Virus record (IMG/VR): IMGVR_UViG_3300025117_000012
Coordinates: 1-43,675 of that record
Source of the DNA: a virus
Length of the DNA stretch: 43,675 nucleotides
Reading direction: 5' to 3' (one strand)
In this document: piece after piece, positions 1 to 9,149 of the stretch
Position numbering within the stretch: position 1 is the first letter of the stretch
How the letters are laid out: each line of letters opens with the position of its first letter
The notes under the pieces: generated by a model
Database searches by the model: none
Seen by the model: the letters and a program-made list of their open reading frames with translations, nothing else
What the model was told of the DNA's origin: nothing
Translations under genes and position numbers: made by a program

Positions 1-127
1 CTTCCACTACAATTAACCAAACAACGCCTCAACTATGAACGAGACGAGACAACAAAAACGCCATCCGCAAAAAGAGGAATATCATTTTGCCACTCCGCTT
101 TCGGAGTTATTGGAGCAAGTGATACGA
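1..127. repeat. Terminal direct repeat copy A, identical to 43549..43675 (circularisation overlap)
   Basis: The string cttccactacaattaaccaaacaacgcctcaactatgaacgag...gagcaagtgatacga is present at both ends of the window. The gene at 35 is the natural continuation after the portal stop in copy B. Confidence 0.95.
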
Positions 128-319
128 GATTCCGAGAAAGAATTGGCGATGACTCGCGTTAATGAATGGGCGAGGGCGAAAGAAGCCGCCGACCCCACGC
201 ACATGGGAAAAGAACAGGCGGAGCGGGAACTTGGCCTCTATCAGCAACACGCGCGGTTTCTTGAGGAGCGAATTGCTATTATCAAATTATTTATGAACGA
301 AAGATGTTCTCCGAATTAG
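35..319 (+). CDS. hypothetical protein, translationally coupled to portal
   Basis: 94-aa ORF. Its ATG overlaps the portal TGA (caactATGAacg) across the junction. Charged and helical; no family recognised. Confidence 0.6.
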   Translation: MNETRQQKRHPQKEEYHFATPLSELLEQVIRDSEKELAMTRVNEWARAKEAADPTHMGKEQAERELGLYQQHARFLEERIAIIKLFMNERCSPN

Positions 320-573
320 ACAAAGATTTTACGACAACCGAAGAAGAAAGTAAACTTCTTCAAAAACTCTCCGAACGCTCCGAATGGAAGGCGTTTAAGG
401 AGATGACCGAGCGATACATCATCAAATTGGCATATAATTTATTGGCGGGTACGGAACGAGAAGAAGGAAAAGCGGTTACGGAACTGAAAGAATTGCGCGG
501 TTTTACGAGATATTGGAAGAAATTATCAGGAAGGGTAGAACAGAAAAATGAGAAAGAAAAAAACAGCCAGTGA
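304..573 (+). CDS. hypothetical protein
   Basis: 89-aa ORF overlapping the previous ORF by 16 nt. K/E-rich and helical. Confidence 0.55.
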   Translation: MFSELDKDFTTTEEESKLLQKLSERSEWKAFKEMTERYIIKLAYNLLAGTEREEGKAVTELKELRGFTRYWKKLSGRVEQKNEKEKNSQ

Positions 574-799
574 TGTTGAAAAAGAAGTGGAGGATAGATT
601 TTTTTGGGAGAAATACGCAAATACATTGGCGCAGATTGCGGATTTGGAGTTGAAATTGGAATATCTTGCAACGCCATCAGGAAAACAGCGATTGAAAGAC
701 GAAATGGGAAGCGAGATACTTGATACGCAGATTGCAAAAGAGAAAAAAGAATTGGAGGCGCGAAAATCGTTTGCTAATTTTCTAAAAACAAAACTATAA
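548..799 (+). CDS. hypothetical protein
   Basis: 83-aa K/E-rich ORF overlapping the previous ORF by 26 nt. Confidence 0.5.
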   Translation: MRKKKTASDVEKEVEDRFFWEKYANTLAQIADLELKLEYLATPSGKQRLKDEMGSEILDTQIAKEKKELEARKSFANFLKTKL

Positions 800-981
800 T
801 GGCAGTGACTCACGAAAGAAGGTCAAGGATAGATTTCAAGACTGGCGAAGTGAAGCCGCCAAGGGGACGCATATCTCGCAAATGTCTAAATGCGATATGT
901 ACGAATAGGATTTATGCCTCTATCGGTCAGATACTTCGTCGTGGGCAATTCTGTAAGGAATGCCAAGATAGTTCCCGATAG
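799..981 (+). CDS. small basic Cys-containing protein (possible Zn ribbon)
   Basis: 60-aa ORF with a TAATG junction to the previous ORF. Cys pairs KCLNAIC (C-x4-C) and FCKEC (C-x2-C). Confidence 0.45.
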   Translation: MAVTHERRSRIDFKTGEVKPPRGRISRKCLNAICTNRIYASIGQILRRGQFCKECQDSSR

Positions 982-1058
982 GGGGCGCGCGGGCAAGTGA
1001 ATCCCTCGTCTGGTTCGCTTGCCATTCCCCTAGCGTGAGTTATCAACAGTAGGGATAG

Positions 1059-1088
1059 TTGACAAAATGAATACTTGTCTTTTATAGT
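1059..1088 (+). promoter_or_regulatory. sigma70-like promoter upstream of the scaffold/capsid genes
   Basis: TTGACA (1059-1064), 18-nt spacer, TATAGT (1083-1088). Short palindromes overlap both hexamers: tcaac/gttga at 1043-1062 and agttgt/acaact at 1086-1102. Confidence 0.5.
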
Positions 1089-1120
1089 TGTCCTTAACAA
1101 CTGAATAGACGAAAGAAAAA

Positions 1121-1152
1121 GCCAGACGAGCAGTTCGTTTGGCGTTTTTATT
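1121..1152. terminator. intrinsic terminator, usable on both strands
   Basis: GCCAGACGA-GCAGT-TCGTTTGGC forms a 9-bp stem with one G-U pair. It is followed by GTTTTTATT and preceded by AAAAA. Confidence 0.65.
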
Positions 1153-1196
1153 ATCAATTTTTTGAGGTAGCCGTACTCATAAAATCGGCTTAGAAT

Positions 1197-1946
1197 ATGG
1201 AAACGGAAGAAGAAAAGGCGGAACGGGAAGCCGCAGAGCTTAAAAAACGAGAAGAGGAAGAGCTCAACTCTCAAAAGTCGGAAGCCGACTTAAAAGAAGA
1301 AGAGGAGGAAAAAAAGGCGAAAGCGGATAAGCTCCTTGATGGAACCGACAAGAATAAGAAGATTGTCGTCAAGAAAGAGGCATACGATGACCGTAATGAA
1401 AAAGCCAAGATTTACGAGACGCATGCCGAACTGTTGGATGCGGTGCTTAAAGACCCCGAAACCGTCAAAAAGTTCTTGAAAGAGAAAGACGGCGGGGATG
1501 TTGAGAGTCGCATTGAACGGCTTGAAAGTGAACGCAAGGCGGAAAAGCGTTCACAGTTGCGGGACGCGGTTGCCGATATGATTAGTGAATATCCCGATTT
1601 TGAGAAGTCGTGGGACAATATCAGACCGCTTGCGGATACTCTTATGGAACAGGGGTTTTCGCCTAAACAGGCGATACGGCGCGGATTCCTAGCGGCACAC
1701 CCCGAAGCGGCGGAGAAGGAAGCGAAGCGGATTGCGGATGAAGCGTTGAATCGCGGCGGAGAGTTTCGCGGAGGCGGGTTTTCCGTACGAACAGGCAAAA
1801 GCAAGGATGAACTTTCAGACGATGAAAAGAAAATCGCACAGGGGCTTATCAAGCAAGGGAGAGTCAAATCAGAGGAAGATTACGCAAAAATACTGGAAAA
1901 TCATAAAGATTGGATTGAACGGCAGATGCGTAACATAGGAGAATAA
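1197..1946 (+). CDS. putative scaffolding protein
   Basis: 249 aa with an extremely E/K-rich helical N-terminal half. It lies between the portal-proximal genes and the capsid gene. The call rests on position and composition only. Confidence 0.5.
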   Translation: METEEEKAEREAAELKKREEEELNSQKSEADLKEEEEEKKAKADKLLDGTDKNKKIVVKKEAYDDRNEKAKIYETHAELLDAVLKDPETVKKFLKEKDGGDVESRIERLESERKAEKRSQLRDAVADMISEYPDFEKSWDNIRPLADTLMEQGFSPKQAIRRGFLAAHPEAAEKEAKRIADEALNRGGEFRGGGFSVRTGKSKDELSDDEKKIAQGLIKQGRVKSEEDYAKILENHKDWIERQMRNIGE

Positions 1947-1972
1947 TTTTATCAATTTAGTATTTATTATTT

Positions 1973-2548
1973 ATGGCTTTTATCAGAGCTTCATCGCCTC
2001 TTTCTACGCCCACCATAATCATTGGAGGCCCTGACCGAGCTGGTCATATATTCAAGAGCACCATTATTGATAATTCCGCTGTAGTAGCAGTCGGAGATGT
2101 GCTTTCAGTTACGACAGAAAGTTCGGGAAACGGTATCGTGGTACGCAGATATAACGCCGCAGGGGATAAAATCCTTGGTGTTTGCGTTGGATTCGGACGC
2201 GCAAATGGCGCAGTAGTAGACCCTGATGCGGGAACGACGGGGACAGTTACGGTAGCGGCAGATAATGAGACAGTGGCACAGATATACGCGCTCGTGGATA
2301 TTACTCCATTTGCGGTATGGTCTGCTCCACTTTCTGCGGCAATTCATACCACTGCGGCATTCGGATATGGGCGGCAGATTGAAGGAGGTACGGGAACAAG
2401 TGCAGGACAGCTTACCGAATCAACGATTAGCGCGACGGTTTCAGCGCATCTTGGTTGGGCATGTCTTGGCCCCGACCCTGCGGATACCACGCGAGGTTTG
2501 GTAGTCTTGGTCGAAGGTTTTGTAAGAGGTCAGCAAACTGCTTCGTAG
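1973..2548 (+). CDS. capsid-module protein (possible decoration or accessory protein)
   Basis: 191-aa G/A/T/V-rich beta-type sequence just upstream of the capsid gene. It ends ...GQQTAS-stop inside the 15-bp repeat that flanks the HNH cassette. Confidence 0.45.
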   Translation: MAFIRASSPLSTPTIIIGGPDRAGHIFKSTIIDNSAVVAVGDVLSVTTESSGNGIVVRRYNAAGDKILGVCVGFGRANGAVVDPDAGTTGTVTVAADNETVAQIYALVDITPFAVWSAPLSAAIHTTAAFGYGRQIEGGTGTSAGQLTESTISATVSAHLGWACLGPDPADTTRGLVVLVEGFVRGQQTAS

Positions 2549-2565
2549 GACATAATGTATTCTTT

Positions 2566-3087
2566 ATGTCAATGCTTGGACACAAACATTCTGAAGTAAC
2601 GAAAGAAAGAATGAGATTATCTCATCTTGGCAAAAAACGGCCTGATATGATTGGTAATCAATGGAAAAAAGGAACTTTTGCGTGGAATAAAGATTTGAAA
2701 GGTGTTCAAGTAGCATGGAATAAAGGGAAAAAATGTCTTCAAATAAGTCAAGCAGTTGTTGGAGAAAAAAATCATAATTGGAAAGGAGGGAAGGAAACTA
2801 GGAGAGGAAGACATAATGCTTCAAGTTCAAAAAGGAGAGCGACACAGGCGGGTAATGGAGGTTTCCATACTTGGATTGAATGGGAAGCATTGAAAATGAA
2901 GTATCGTTATATGTGTCTTTGTTGCAAACAAAGTGAGCCTGAAATAAAACTCACAAGAGACCATATTATTCCAATCTTACGAGGTGGTAGTGATTATATA
3001 AGAAATATCCAACCACTTTGTCAGTCCTGTAACTCAAGAAAACGAATTGAAATTATTGATTTTACTTTTCAGCAAACTGCTTCCTAA
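2566..3087 (+). CDS. HNH homing endonuclease with NUMOD3-like N-terminal repeats
   Basis: ATG at 2566; the track ORF start at 2455 lies inside the previous gene. N-terminal motifs SEVTKERMRLSHLGKK and KGVQVAWNKGKK. HNH core CLCCK...TRDHIIP...NIQPLCQSCNSRK. Confidence 0.85.
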   Translation: MSMLGHKHSEVTKERMRLSHLGKKRPDMIGNQWKKGTFAWNKDLKGVQVAWNKGKKCLQISQAVVGEKNHNWKGGKETRRGRHNASSSKRRATQAGNGGFHTWIEWEALKMKYRYMCLCCKQSEPEIKLTRDHIIPILRGGSDYIRNIQPLCQSCNSRKRIEIIDFTFQQTAS

Positions 3088-3112
3088 TTATTAACTTTAG
3101 TTTCTATCATTT

Positions 3113-4102
3113 ATGGCTACGGAAACAATCTCAACATGGGGAGCAGTTATCAAAGGTGTTGGTGCGCCGTTTCTTGAGTTCTTCAATCAAGGCGACTTCA
3201 CCGATGTCAGTGGTTTCTCTCCAGTAGTTAAGACGATTCGTTCGGGCGACCAAGTGTCCCATTTTTCGGGTAAAACTGGAACGGGGCGGCTCACTCGCCA
3301 CTCGGACGGGTCGGTAATTCCAGACGGAAATCGGTACAAGCTGTACAATACCGATGTTGCGCTTGAACCGTATAGCACTCGGCTTACAATTACTCGTCAA
3401 ACATTCATCTATCGTTCGTTTGAAGGAACATTCAGCGAGAGCAACGACCTTATGGTTGCGTTTCGCTCTACGCTTGCTCACGCGGCGGCGCAAATCTTCA
3501 ATCGGGGATTTACGGATGGTAGCGGCATAACGGCGGGAGTGAAAGTTGTGCAGTACGGCGATGCGGCTCCGCCTTTTTCGGCTTCACACCCTAGGGCGGA
3601 CGGTGGAACGGCACAGAGCAATACTTCACCGACTTCAATTCCGCTTACGGAGACCAATCTTGAAACTGCCCGCATTGCGCTTTACAAGCAGTTGCAGGAT
3701 AACGGCGAGCGGATGACTGGCGCGGGACAACTCTGGCTTGTCGTGCCGATTGACCTTGATAAGACGGCGCAGATAATCACTGGTTCAAATCTTCGTTCGG
3801 GAACGGCGAATAACGATACTAACATTTATGGCGGTGGGGCTGTGAAAGTGATGTCATCCACTCTTCTTTCTTCAGGGGTATCGGGAGCAAGTGTCGGAAG
3901 CAATACTCAATGGTTCTTGGTTGCGGAAGGCTGGGCAAAACTTGCGGTCGTTGTCGGAAACGGCGCGCCTGAACTGGACTTTCTCAAAGATAAGGATACG
4001 AAGTCTCGTCTCTTTGACTTGACGATAGACCTTGGAGTGTGCAGTTATGATTATCGGGGCACATGGGGAAGTTTAGGGGACAACAGCTCGTATTCAGGAT
4101 AG
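3113..4102 (+). CDS. putative major capsid protein
   Basis: 329 aa. Lies downstream of the scaffold-like gene, with size and composition typical of HK97-fold capsid proteins. No motif-level proof. Confidence 0.55.
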   Translation: MATETISTWGAVIKGVGAPFLEFFNQGDFTDVSGFSPVVKTIRSGDQVSHFSGKTGTGRLTRHSDGSVIPDGNRYKLYNTDVALEPYSTRLTITRQTFIYRSFEGTFSESNDLMVAFRSTLAHAAAQIFNRGFTDGSGITAGVKVVQYGDAAPPFSASHPRADGGTAQSNTSPTSIPLTETNLETARIALYKQLQDNGERMTGAGQLWLVVPIDLDKTAQIITGSNLRSGTANNDTNIYGGGAVKVMSSTLLSSGVSGASVGSNTQWFLVAEGWAKLAVVVGNGAPELDFLKDKDTKSRLFDLTIDLGVCSYDYRGTWGSLGDNSSYSG

Positions 4103-4135
4103 CCGCAGCATCATTAGCAATTAACACCAAAGAAA

Positions 4136-4750
4136 ATGGATTCAAAATTAAAGTATTTTGGAGTCATTGCAACACTGATAGCGGTGCTTGCGCTTGGTGT
4201 TGCGATATCCAAAGCAGGGAAAGAAATTACCGTCAAGGAAGTCCTTGTCCCCCAATTAAGCGGTACGACGAATGTGGACACGCTTGAAGCGGAGAATCTT
4301 TTTGCCACCGCATCAAGTACACTGGCGGCGACCACTACGATAAAATCGTCCTATGACGGGACAGTCGCGGGCGGCCGGTTTTCGGTCACCGCGACAGGAA
4401 CGGCTGTGGCGATTTATACCAATAGGTTCGGCCCAGAGGTATGCTTTAACAATTCTGGTTCTCTAAATGCGAAGGCGAATAATTTCGCTCCTTCACTGCA
4501 AGTGAGTATTGGAACTTCAACAAGCGCGACTTCGGCAAGGACAAATCTCTTGAGTTCCACTACGGTTGCGACAACAACGAGCGGAAGTCTGTTGTTTTCG
4601 CTTTCAACAGTTGGCCAAAAGTTCGTTTTACAAGGCGGTGAGTCAATTGTCGCTACCTTTGCTGACATTACGAATACGGAAGCGTCATCAACTTATTTCA
4701 GCAGGTGGGACTTTGATTTCGGGATAGACTGTCATCAGTTGTATCAGTAA
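4136..4750 (+). CDS. membrane-anchored S/T-rich protein, unknown function
   Basis: 204 aa. N-terminal hydrophobic segment YFGVIATLIAVLALGVAI followed by a S/T/A-rich beta-type sequence. Confidence 0.6.
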   Translation: MDSKLKYFGVIATLIAVLALGVAISKAGKEITVKEVLVPQLSGTTNVDTLEAENLFATASSTLAATTTIKSSYDGTVAGGRFSVTATGTAVAIYTNRFGPEVCFNNSGSLNAKANNFAPSLQVSIGTSTSATSARTNLLSSTTVATTTSGSLLFSLSTVGQKFVLQGGESIVATFADITNTEASSTYFSRWDFDFGIDCHQLYQ

Positions 4751-4819
4751 TATCTCAACTCACTTTCTCATCTTATGAATGGGGAAGTCGAGAACCATAG
4801 GTCAATTAAAATAACGGGT

Positions 4820-4868
4820 CTATGGAGTAGTAGGTTTGACTTAACCTGTTATGCCTACTACTCCATAG
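4820..4868 (+). other. perfect 15-bp stem hairpin in an intergenic gap
   Basis: ctatggagtagtagg (4820-4834) and cctactactccatag (4854-4868) are exact reverse complements with a 19-nt loop. No U-tract follows. Confidence 0.6.
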
Positions 4869-4916
4869 TGGTATACTATAAAGGTCGTTATTAACAATCA
4901 AAATAATCATCTAATT

Positions 4917-5078
4917 ATGGCAGGAAAAACAGTAAAGTTAATGGATACTGCAGACCGCACTTTTACACTTAAAAGCGGCGAGGTAATCAATCTCAAGGCG
5001 AATACTCCGCTTGAAGTGAGCGAAACGGCCGCAAGGGAACTCAAAAAAGAATATAAGTATCTCGTGGTCGTAAAATAA
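4917..5078 (+). CDS. small hypothetical protein (53 aa)
   Basis: Below the track cutoff. Hand translation: MAGKTVKLMDTADRTFTLKSGEVINLKANTPLEVSETAARELKKEYKYLVVVK. It fills an otherwise empty gap. Confidence 0.4.
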   Translation: MAGKTVKLMDTADRTFTLKSGEVINLKANTPLEVSETAARELKKEYKYLVVVK

Positions 5079-5125
5079 TTTATTAGTGGAGTTGTCAGCG
5101 GGCAACTTAAATCACCGCTTAAAAT

Positions 5126-5611
5126 ATGTTTGTTAAAAATATCGCTGATAAAAATATCTTATTTCGTTCTTTTGAAGGATACTCGTTTAGCATTCCAAGA
5201 GGAACATCGTGGATTTGGGATAAGGCGGGAGAATATTTGCTCTCTGTTGTCTATCCTCCATCGCCGATAAATATGCCGAAAGCGGATAGATTCGGCAATC
5301 CAAACGGAAATGGAATACCGCCTTTAGGAGGAGGAACAAAGAGGGATTGGCTTGAAGAAGGAAAAAAGCTGGCGGAGGTAAAACGATTTCAAGTCAATCA
5401 CGCGATAATTCCCCGCAAGCGTCTTATTCCTCTCGCAAAGTTGCGCGGAATTGATAACGATAAAATTACCGAGTGGCTCGCAGACGAATCCATTGACGCT
5501 TCGGAGATATCGGATGCCATTAACGCGCTTCCTATCCCTGAACAATTACGATTCCCTGAAGGATTGGGACAAGATGAAGACATCAGCAACAAAAATGATA
5601 TTGAAGATTAA
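5126..5611 (+). CDS. hypothetical structural-module protein
   Basis: 161-aa ORF; no family recognised. Confidence 0.55.
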   Translation: MFVKNIADKNILFRSFEGYSFSIPRGTSWIWDKAGEYLLSVVYPPSPINMPKADRFGNPNGNGIPPLGGGTKRDWLEEGKKLAEVKRFQVNHAIIPRKRLIPLAKLRGIDNDKITEWLADESIDASEISDAINALPIPEQLRFPEGLGQDEDISNKNDIED

Positions 5612-6221
5612 AACATTCCTCTTCTGCGCTATTTTTATTCTAGGCGTAGTAATCGGCTTATCTTTGACTTCAGTCAAAATAAGAGAAGTATTTGCGGGAC
5701 AATTCCCCGGCACGGGCTGTTTTATTGACGGCAAGGTTGCCACGACCTCGCTCTCCTTTATGACTGGCGGCACAGGAACGACAACGATTGAATGTAACAC
5801 AAGCAAAATTGACGCTTTTTCAGTTAATTTGATTTTTGCCGCTTCTTCCACAGTAAGCACTCTTCGCGGGCACATAGAACGCTCTTTGAACAACAAAGAT
5901 TGGTTCTTGGATGTTTCGCCGTTTGTGGATATGGCTTCCACTACCTATGAAGTCGCACAAATCCCCGGCCAATTTTCTTTCAAAGCCGCATCAACGACAT
6001 CTCTTACGGTTGTTGTAGGAAGTATGGGTAGAGACCTCGGATTCAGTGGAACAGGCACAACTACAGCTTTTGTCCCTATCCATATGAATATCCCTCGCGT
6101 TTCAACCGATTATACCCGCGTTGTTCTTTATATGAATAATGTAACAACAGGCACAGTGGCTTCTTCAACTAACGGGGCGGTGTGGATTCAAGGAATTACA
6201 AAGGAAATATTCACTAGATAA
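5574..6221 (+). CDS. membrane-anchored T/S-rich protein
   Basis: ATG at 5574 chosen; the track start at 5451 lies inside the previous ORF. N-terminal anchor MKTSATKMILKIKTFLFCAIFILGVVIGLSL. Confidence 0.55.
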   Translation: MKTSATKMILKIKTFLFCAIFILGVVIGLSLTSVKIREVFAGQFPGTGCFIDGKVATTSLSFMTGGTGTTTIECNTSKIDAFSVNLIFAASSTVSTLRGHIERSLNNKDWFLDVSPFVDMASTTYEVAQIPGQFSFKAASTTSLTVVVGSMGRDLGFSGTGTTTAFVPIHMNIPRVSTDYTRVVLYMNNVTTGTVASSTNGAVWIQGITKEIFTR

Positions 6222-6233
6222 CTGCTATGAGAT

Positions 6234-7487
6234 ATGAAAAAAACAATATTCATATCGGCATTAGTGAGTAGTTTCCTTACCTTCTCTTTTGCTCTTGCCG
6301 TAGATACTCTTTGGGAGTTTTTTGGAGGACATTTGCCTTCAATCAGCGAACGCGCTCTTATCTACGAGGGCGCGGGTTATAGCGATGTCTATAAAGGCAC
6401 CGCGAAACAAAATCGGACTCTACTTTCTTATTTAGAAAGAGATATTCGTCTTGGATATCTCGCGCCGCCTTCCTCAACAGTAGAAGGTACATCAACTGCA
6501 GGGTGGACTGATGACGGTTCTATCGTGCGTCTCAACACGGCGGGGGATTCTGTCGGCATAGGAACGGCGAATCCCGCCGATAAACTCTCTGTAGTCGGCG
6601 GTAACATCTCTGTAAGCGGCGATATTTCGCTTTCAGGCGGCGATTTAAATATCGGCGGAAGCAATAGTACATCAACGCTCACCGTATCAGGCGGATTGCT
6701 CGGTATTGGTTCAACCACTCCTCGCGCGACTTTAAGCGTGCAAGGCAATTTAATGGTGAGCGGGACGACAACGACTGGCGTTTTGCAGGCCACCTCAACG
6801 TTGATAGCGTCCACAACCCGTTTTTCAGGAGGTGTGCAATACTCGTGGCCTCAAACAGACGGTAGCACCGCGCAAATTCTTCAAACAAACGGAAGCGGGA
6901 CACTTTCTTGGGTTTCAAGCGCCACGACCTATCTTGGATTAAGCGATACCGACCCGGCAAGTTTTACCGCCAATAGAATCCCGCATACCAATAGCGGGGC
7001 GACGGGACTGACTGATACGGACGGCTTTGTCTTAAGCGGAGGTAAATTGGGTGTTTCCACCACTTCTCCTTATGCGCCCCTCTCGGTGGTCGGGCAGATT
7101 GTCGGAGCATATTTCACCGCCACCACTTCATCAATCAGTACCTTTCCGTATGCTTCTTCCACCGCAACAACTGTTTCGGGGACGGCATCAACTTCCGCGC
7201 TTATTGTTTCCAATACAGCGACTTTGCCTATTTATGCGACCACTTCAGCGGGGCAATCGAGTGTGAATGGCGTTAATGAAAAAGTAACCGCGACTGCGAT
7301 TTGTTTGAGTGGCGATATTGCAATTTCAGGCGGCTATAATCCAAATGACATCGCGGGTTCTTTCAACGTAGATAATTTCAATCGGACGACATATTCCACA
7401 GCAGGCGATGCGTGGACAACGACACTGGATACTATTGATAGTGTTACGGCAACTTTAACTACCACTGCTTATTGTCTTAATCAATGA
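6234..7487 (+). CDS. tail-fibre-like protein with N-terminal signal peptide
   Basis: 417 aa. Signal-like start MKKTIFISALVSSFLTFSFALA|VD. Three copies of a fibre-type motif: VGIGTANPADKLSVVGG, LGIGSTTPRATLSVQGN and LGVSTTSPYAPLSVVGQ. Shares the segment TSPYAPLSVVGQIVGAYFTATT with the 17087 ORF. Confidence 0.6.
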   Translation: MKKTIFISALVSSFLTFSFALAVDTLWEFFGGHLPSISERALIYEGAGYSDVYKGTAKQNRTLLSYLERDIRLGYLAPPSSTVEGTSTAGWTDDGSIVRLNTAGDSVGIGTANPADKLSVVGGNISVSGDISLSGGDLNIGGSNSTSTLTVSGGLLGIGSTTPRATLSVQGNLMVSGTTTTGVLQATSTLIASTTRFSGGVQYSWPQTDGSTAQILQTNGSGTLSWVSSATTYLGLSDTDPASFTANRIPHTNSGATGLTDTDGFVLSGGKLGVSTTSPYAPLSVVGQIVGAYFTATTSSISTFPYASSTATTVSGTASTSALIVSNTATLPIYATTSAGQSSVNGVNEKVTATAICLSGDIAISGGYNPNDIAGSFNVDNFNRTTYSTAGDAWTTTLDTIDSVTATLTTTAYCLNQ

Positions 7488-7488
7488 T

Positions 7489-9147
7489 ATGTCTCGCTTG
7501 ACTATCCCTCAAAAAGGAATTTTTCGCGGCGTATTTCCGGGCGAATCTTCGGGGGAGATTTTTAGTGGACGAGGATTAGATTTGGAACGAAACAAAGGGA
7601 AAGTGGGATTGGCGGACTCGTATTCCGACATCGTTGATAGTTCAGAGGGGGGATTCGGCAATCTTACAACTCCTGTCGCTTTCGTGCGCTCTTCTGCGGA
7701 CAATACGGACAGATGGTGGGCGAACGCGGGACGGCTTTTTAAGACAAGCGGAATAAATCCCGAAACGGGGTGGGCGGAAGATGCGATTGCATCCACTCCT
7801 TCTGCTCCTTTGTATGATTTGATTGATTTCGCGGGAGCTTTAATCGCGCCGGCTTCAACAGACCTCTCTCGTCTTTCAGCTGGAACTTGGACTACGAGTT
7901 GGTGGCAGGGAACGCTTGGACAGGCGGCTCTTACCGCTAACCCGCACCGATTCGCCATTCAAGCGGGAGCTTTGCAGATAACTGATGGTAGGTTGATTCA
8001 GATTTGGGATGGCACTCTTGTCAAGACTCCGCAGACGCTTCCCGTTGGATTTAGAGCAGAGTTCATACTTCCGTTTCAAGAACTCTCTTTTGTCGGAGGA
8101 GCGCAGATAGGAGGCGGCGAAGCGTTCGTGTATGTTATTCAAGAAGGCGCAAACTCCGATACCTATCTTACTCGTTATCCTATTGGAGACACGGAAGTAT
8201 TGTGCGGCTGGGTTGCTGATAGCGTATACATCGTAACGAAAAAAGGAGTTATTAAGCGGTTTAACGGAAGCGGATTTGAAACAAAACAGCAATTTCCTAC
8301 CGTAGAAGCGCAACAAAGCATCACGGCGATTCACCCGAACGGCGTGTCGGTATCAGAGAATGCAGTAAAGATGCTTGTTAATTTTGGCGTAATTTCAAAT
8401 TTTCGTCTTTCAACAGGTTTTTGGAACTTTGACCTTACTAACTACAATTTGTATAACACTGGTTCGGTTCGGAACACAACCACGCGCGATTACGCTCAGT
8501 ATGAACTCGCGGAGGTTGGGGCGTTGAAACAGACAACCGTGGGGCAAGGATTGTATCTGGCGGGAGCGCAGGTTTATACGGCATATTCAGGGACTACTCG
8601 TTACGGTATTTTCTCTTCCGATGAGGAAGGAACATCTAATCAGGGATATTTTATTACTTCAAAGATTAAGGCGCAGAATGTTCGCGCGTATTGGCGTTTC
8701 ATTTTCCCGATTCTTCGCAGAATGGACAATGCCGATGACCGTTTACGGATTGCGATGCGAGCGATAGATTCTAATGAGCTTCCCGCTTATGAGACAGTTA
8801 CTTGGCTTTCATCTTCAACATTCACGGCGGCAAACGGGGATATAGCGGCAGGGGATTTCGTTGAAGTGATAGCGGGAGAAAACGCGGGGGCAATCGCGAG
8901 AATCACGGCGTATTCGGGCGGCACGGTTACGATTGACCGCAGTCTGTATGCTTCTACCTCCACCTCGCGGGTGCGTTATTTGCGGTTCATAGATTTGGGG
9001 ACGATTGCGAATGTGCAACTGCAAAACGCGCGGTTTATTTCTACGATACGAAGTGAGTGGATTCAATTTCTTATAGAGTTTCGCGGTAGTGAAACTTCTC
9101 CCCGATTGGAAAATTTAATTATAGATTTTAAGAATTTGCCCGTATAA
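7489..9147 (+). CDS. large structural-module protein (tail or baseplate candidate)
   Basis: 552-aa ORF starting 1 nt after the previous stop. No motif recognised. Confidence 0.5.
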   Translation: MSRLTIPQKGIFRGVFPGESSGEIFSGRGLDLERNKGKVGLADSYSDIVDSSEGGFGNLTTPVAFVRSSADNTDRWWANAGRLFKTSGINPETGWAEDAIASTPSAPLYDLIDFAGALIAPASTDLSRLSAGTWTTSWWQGTLGQAALTANPHRFAIQAGALQITDGRLIQIWDGTLVKTPQTLPVGFRAEFILPFQELSFVGGAQIGGGEAFVYVIQEGANSDTYLTRYPIGDTEVLCGWVADSVYIVTKKGVIKRFNGSGFETKQQFPTVEAQQSITAIHPNGVSVSENAVKMLVNFGVISNFRLSTGFWNFDLTNYNLYNTGSVRNTTTRDYAQYELAEVGALKQTTVGQGLYLAGAQVYTAYSGTTRYGIFSSDEEGTSNQGYFITSKIKAQNVRAYWRFIFPILRRMDNADDRLRIAMRAIDSNELPAYETVTWLSSSTFTAANGDIAAGDFVEVIAGENAGAIARITAYSGGTVTIDRSLYASTSTSRVRYLRFIDLGTIANVQLQNARFISTIRSEWIQFLIEFRGSETSPRLENLIIDFKNLPV

Positions 9148-9149
9148 TT

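Noticed and set aside
6234-7487. Diversity-generating retroelement targeting a fibre C-terminus
   Set aside because: No reverse transcriptase gene and no template/variable repeat pair is present anywhere in the genome.
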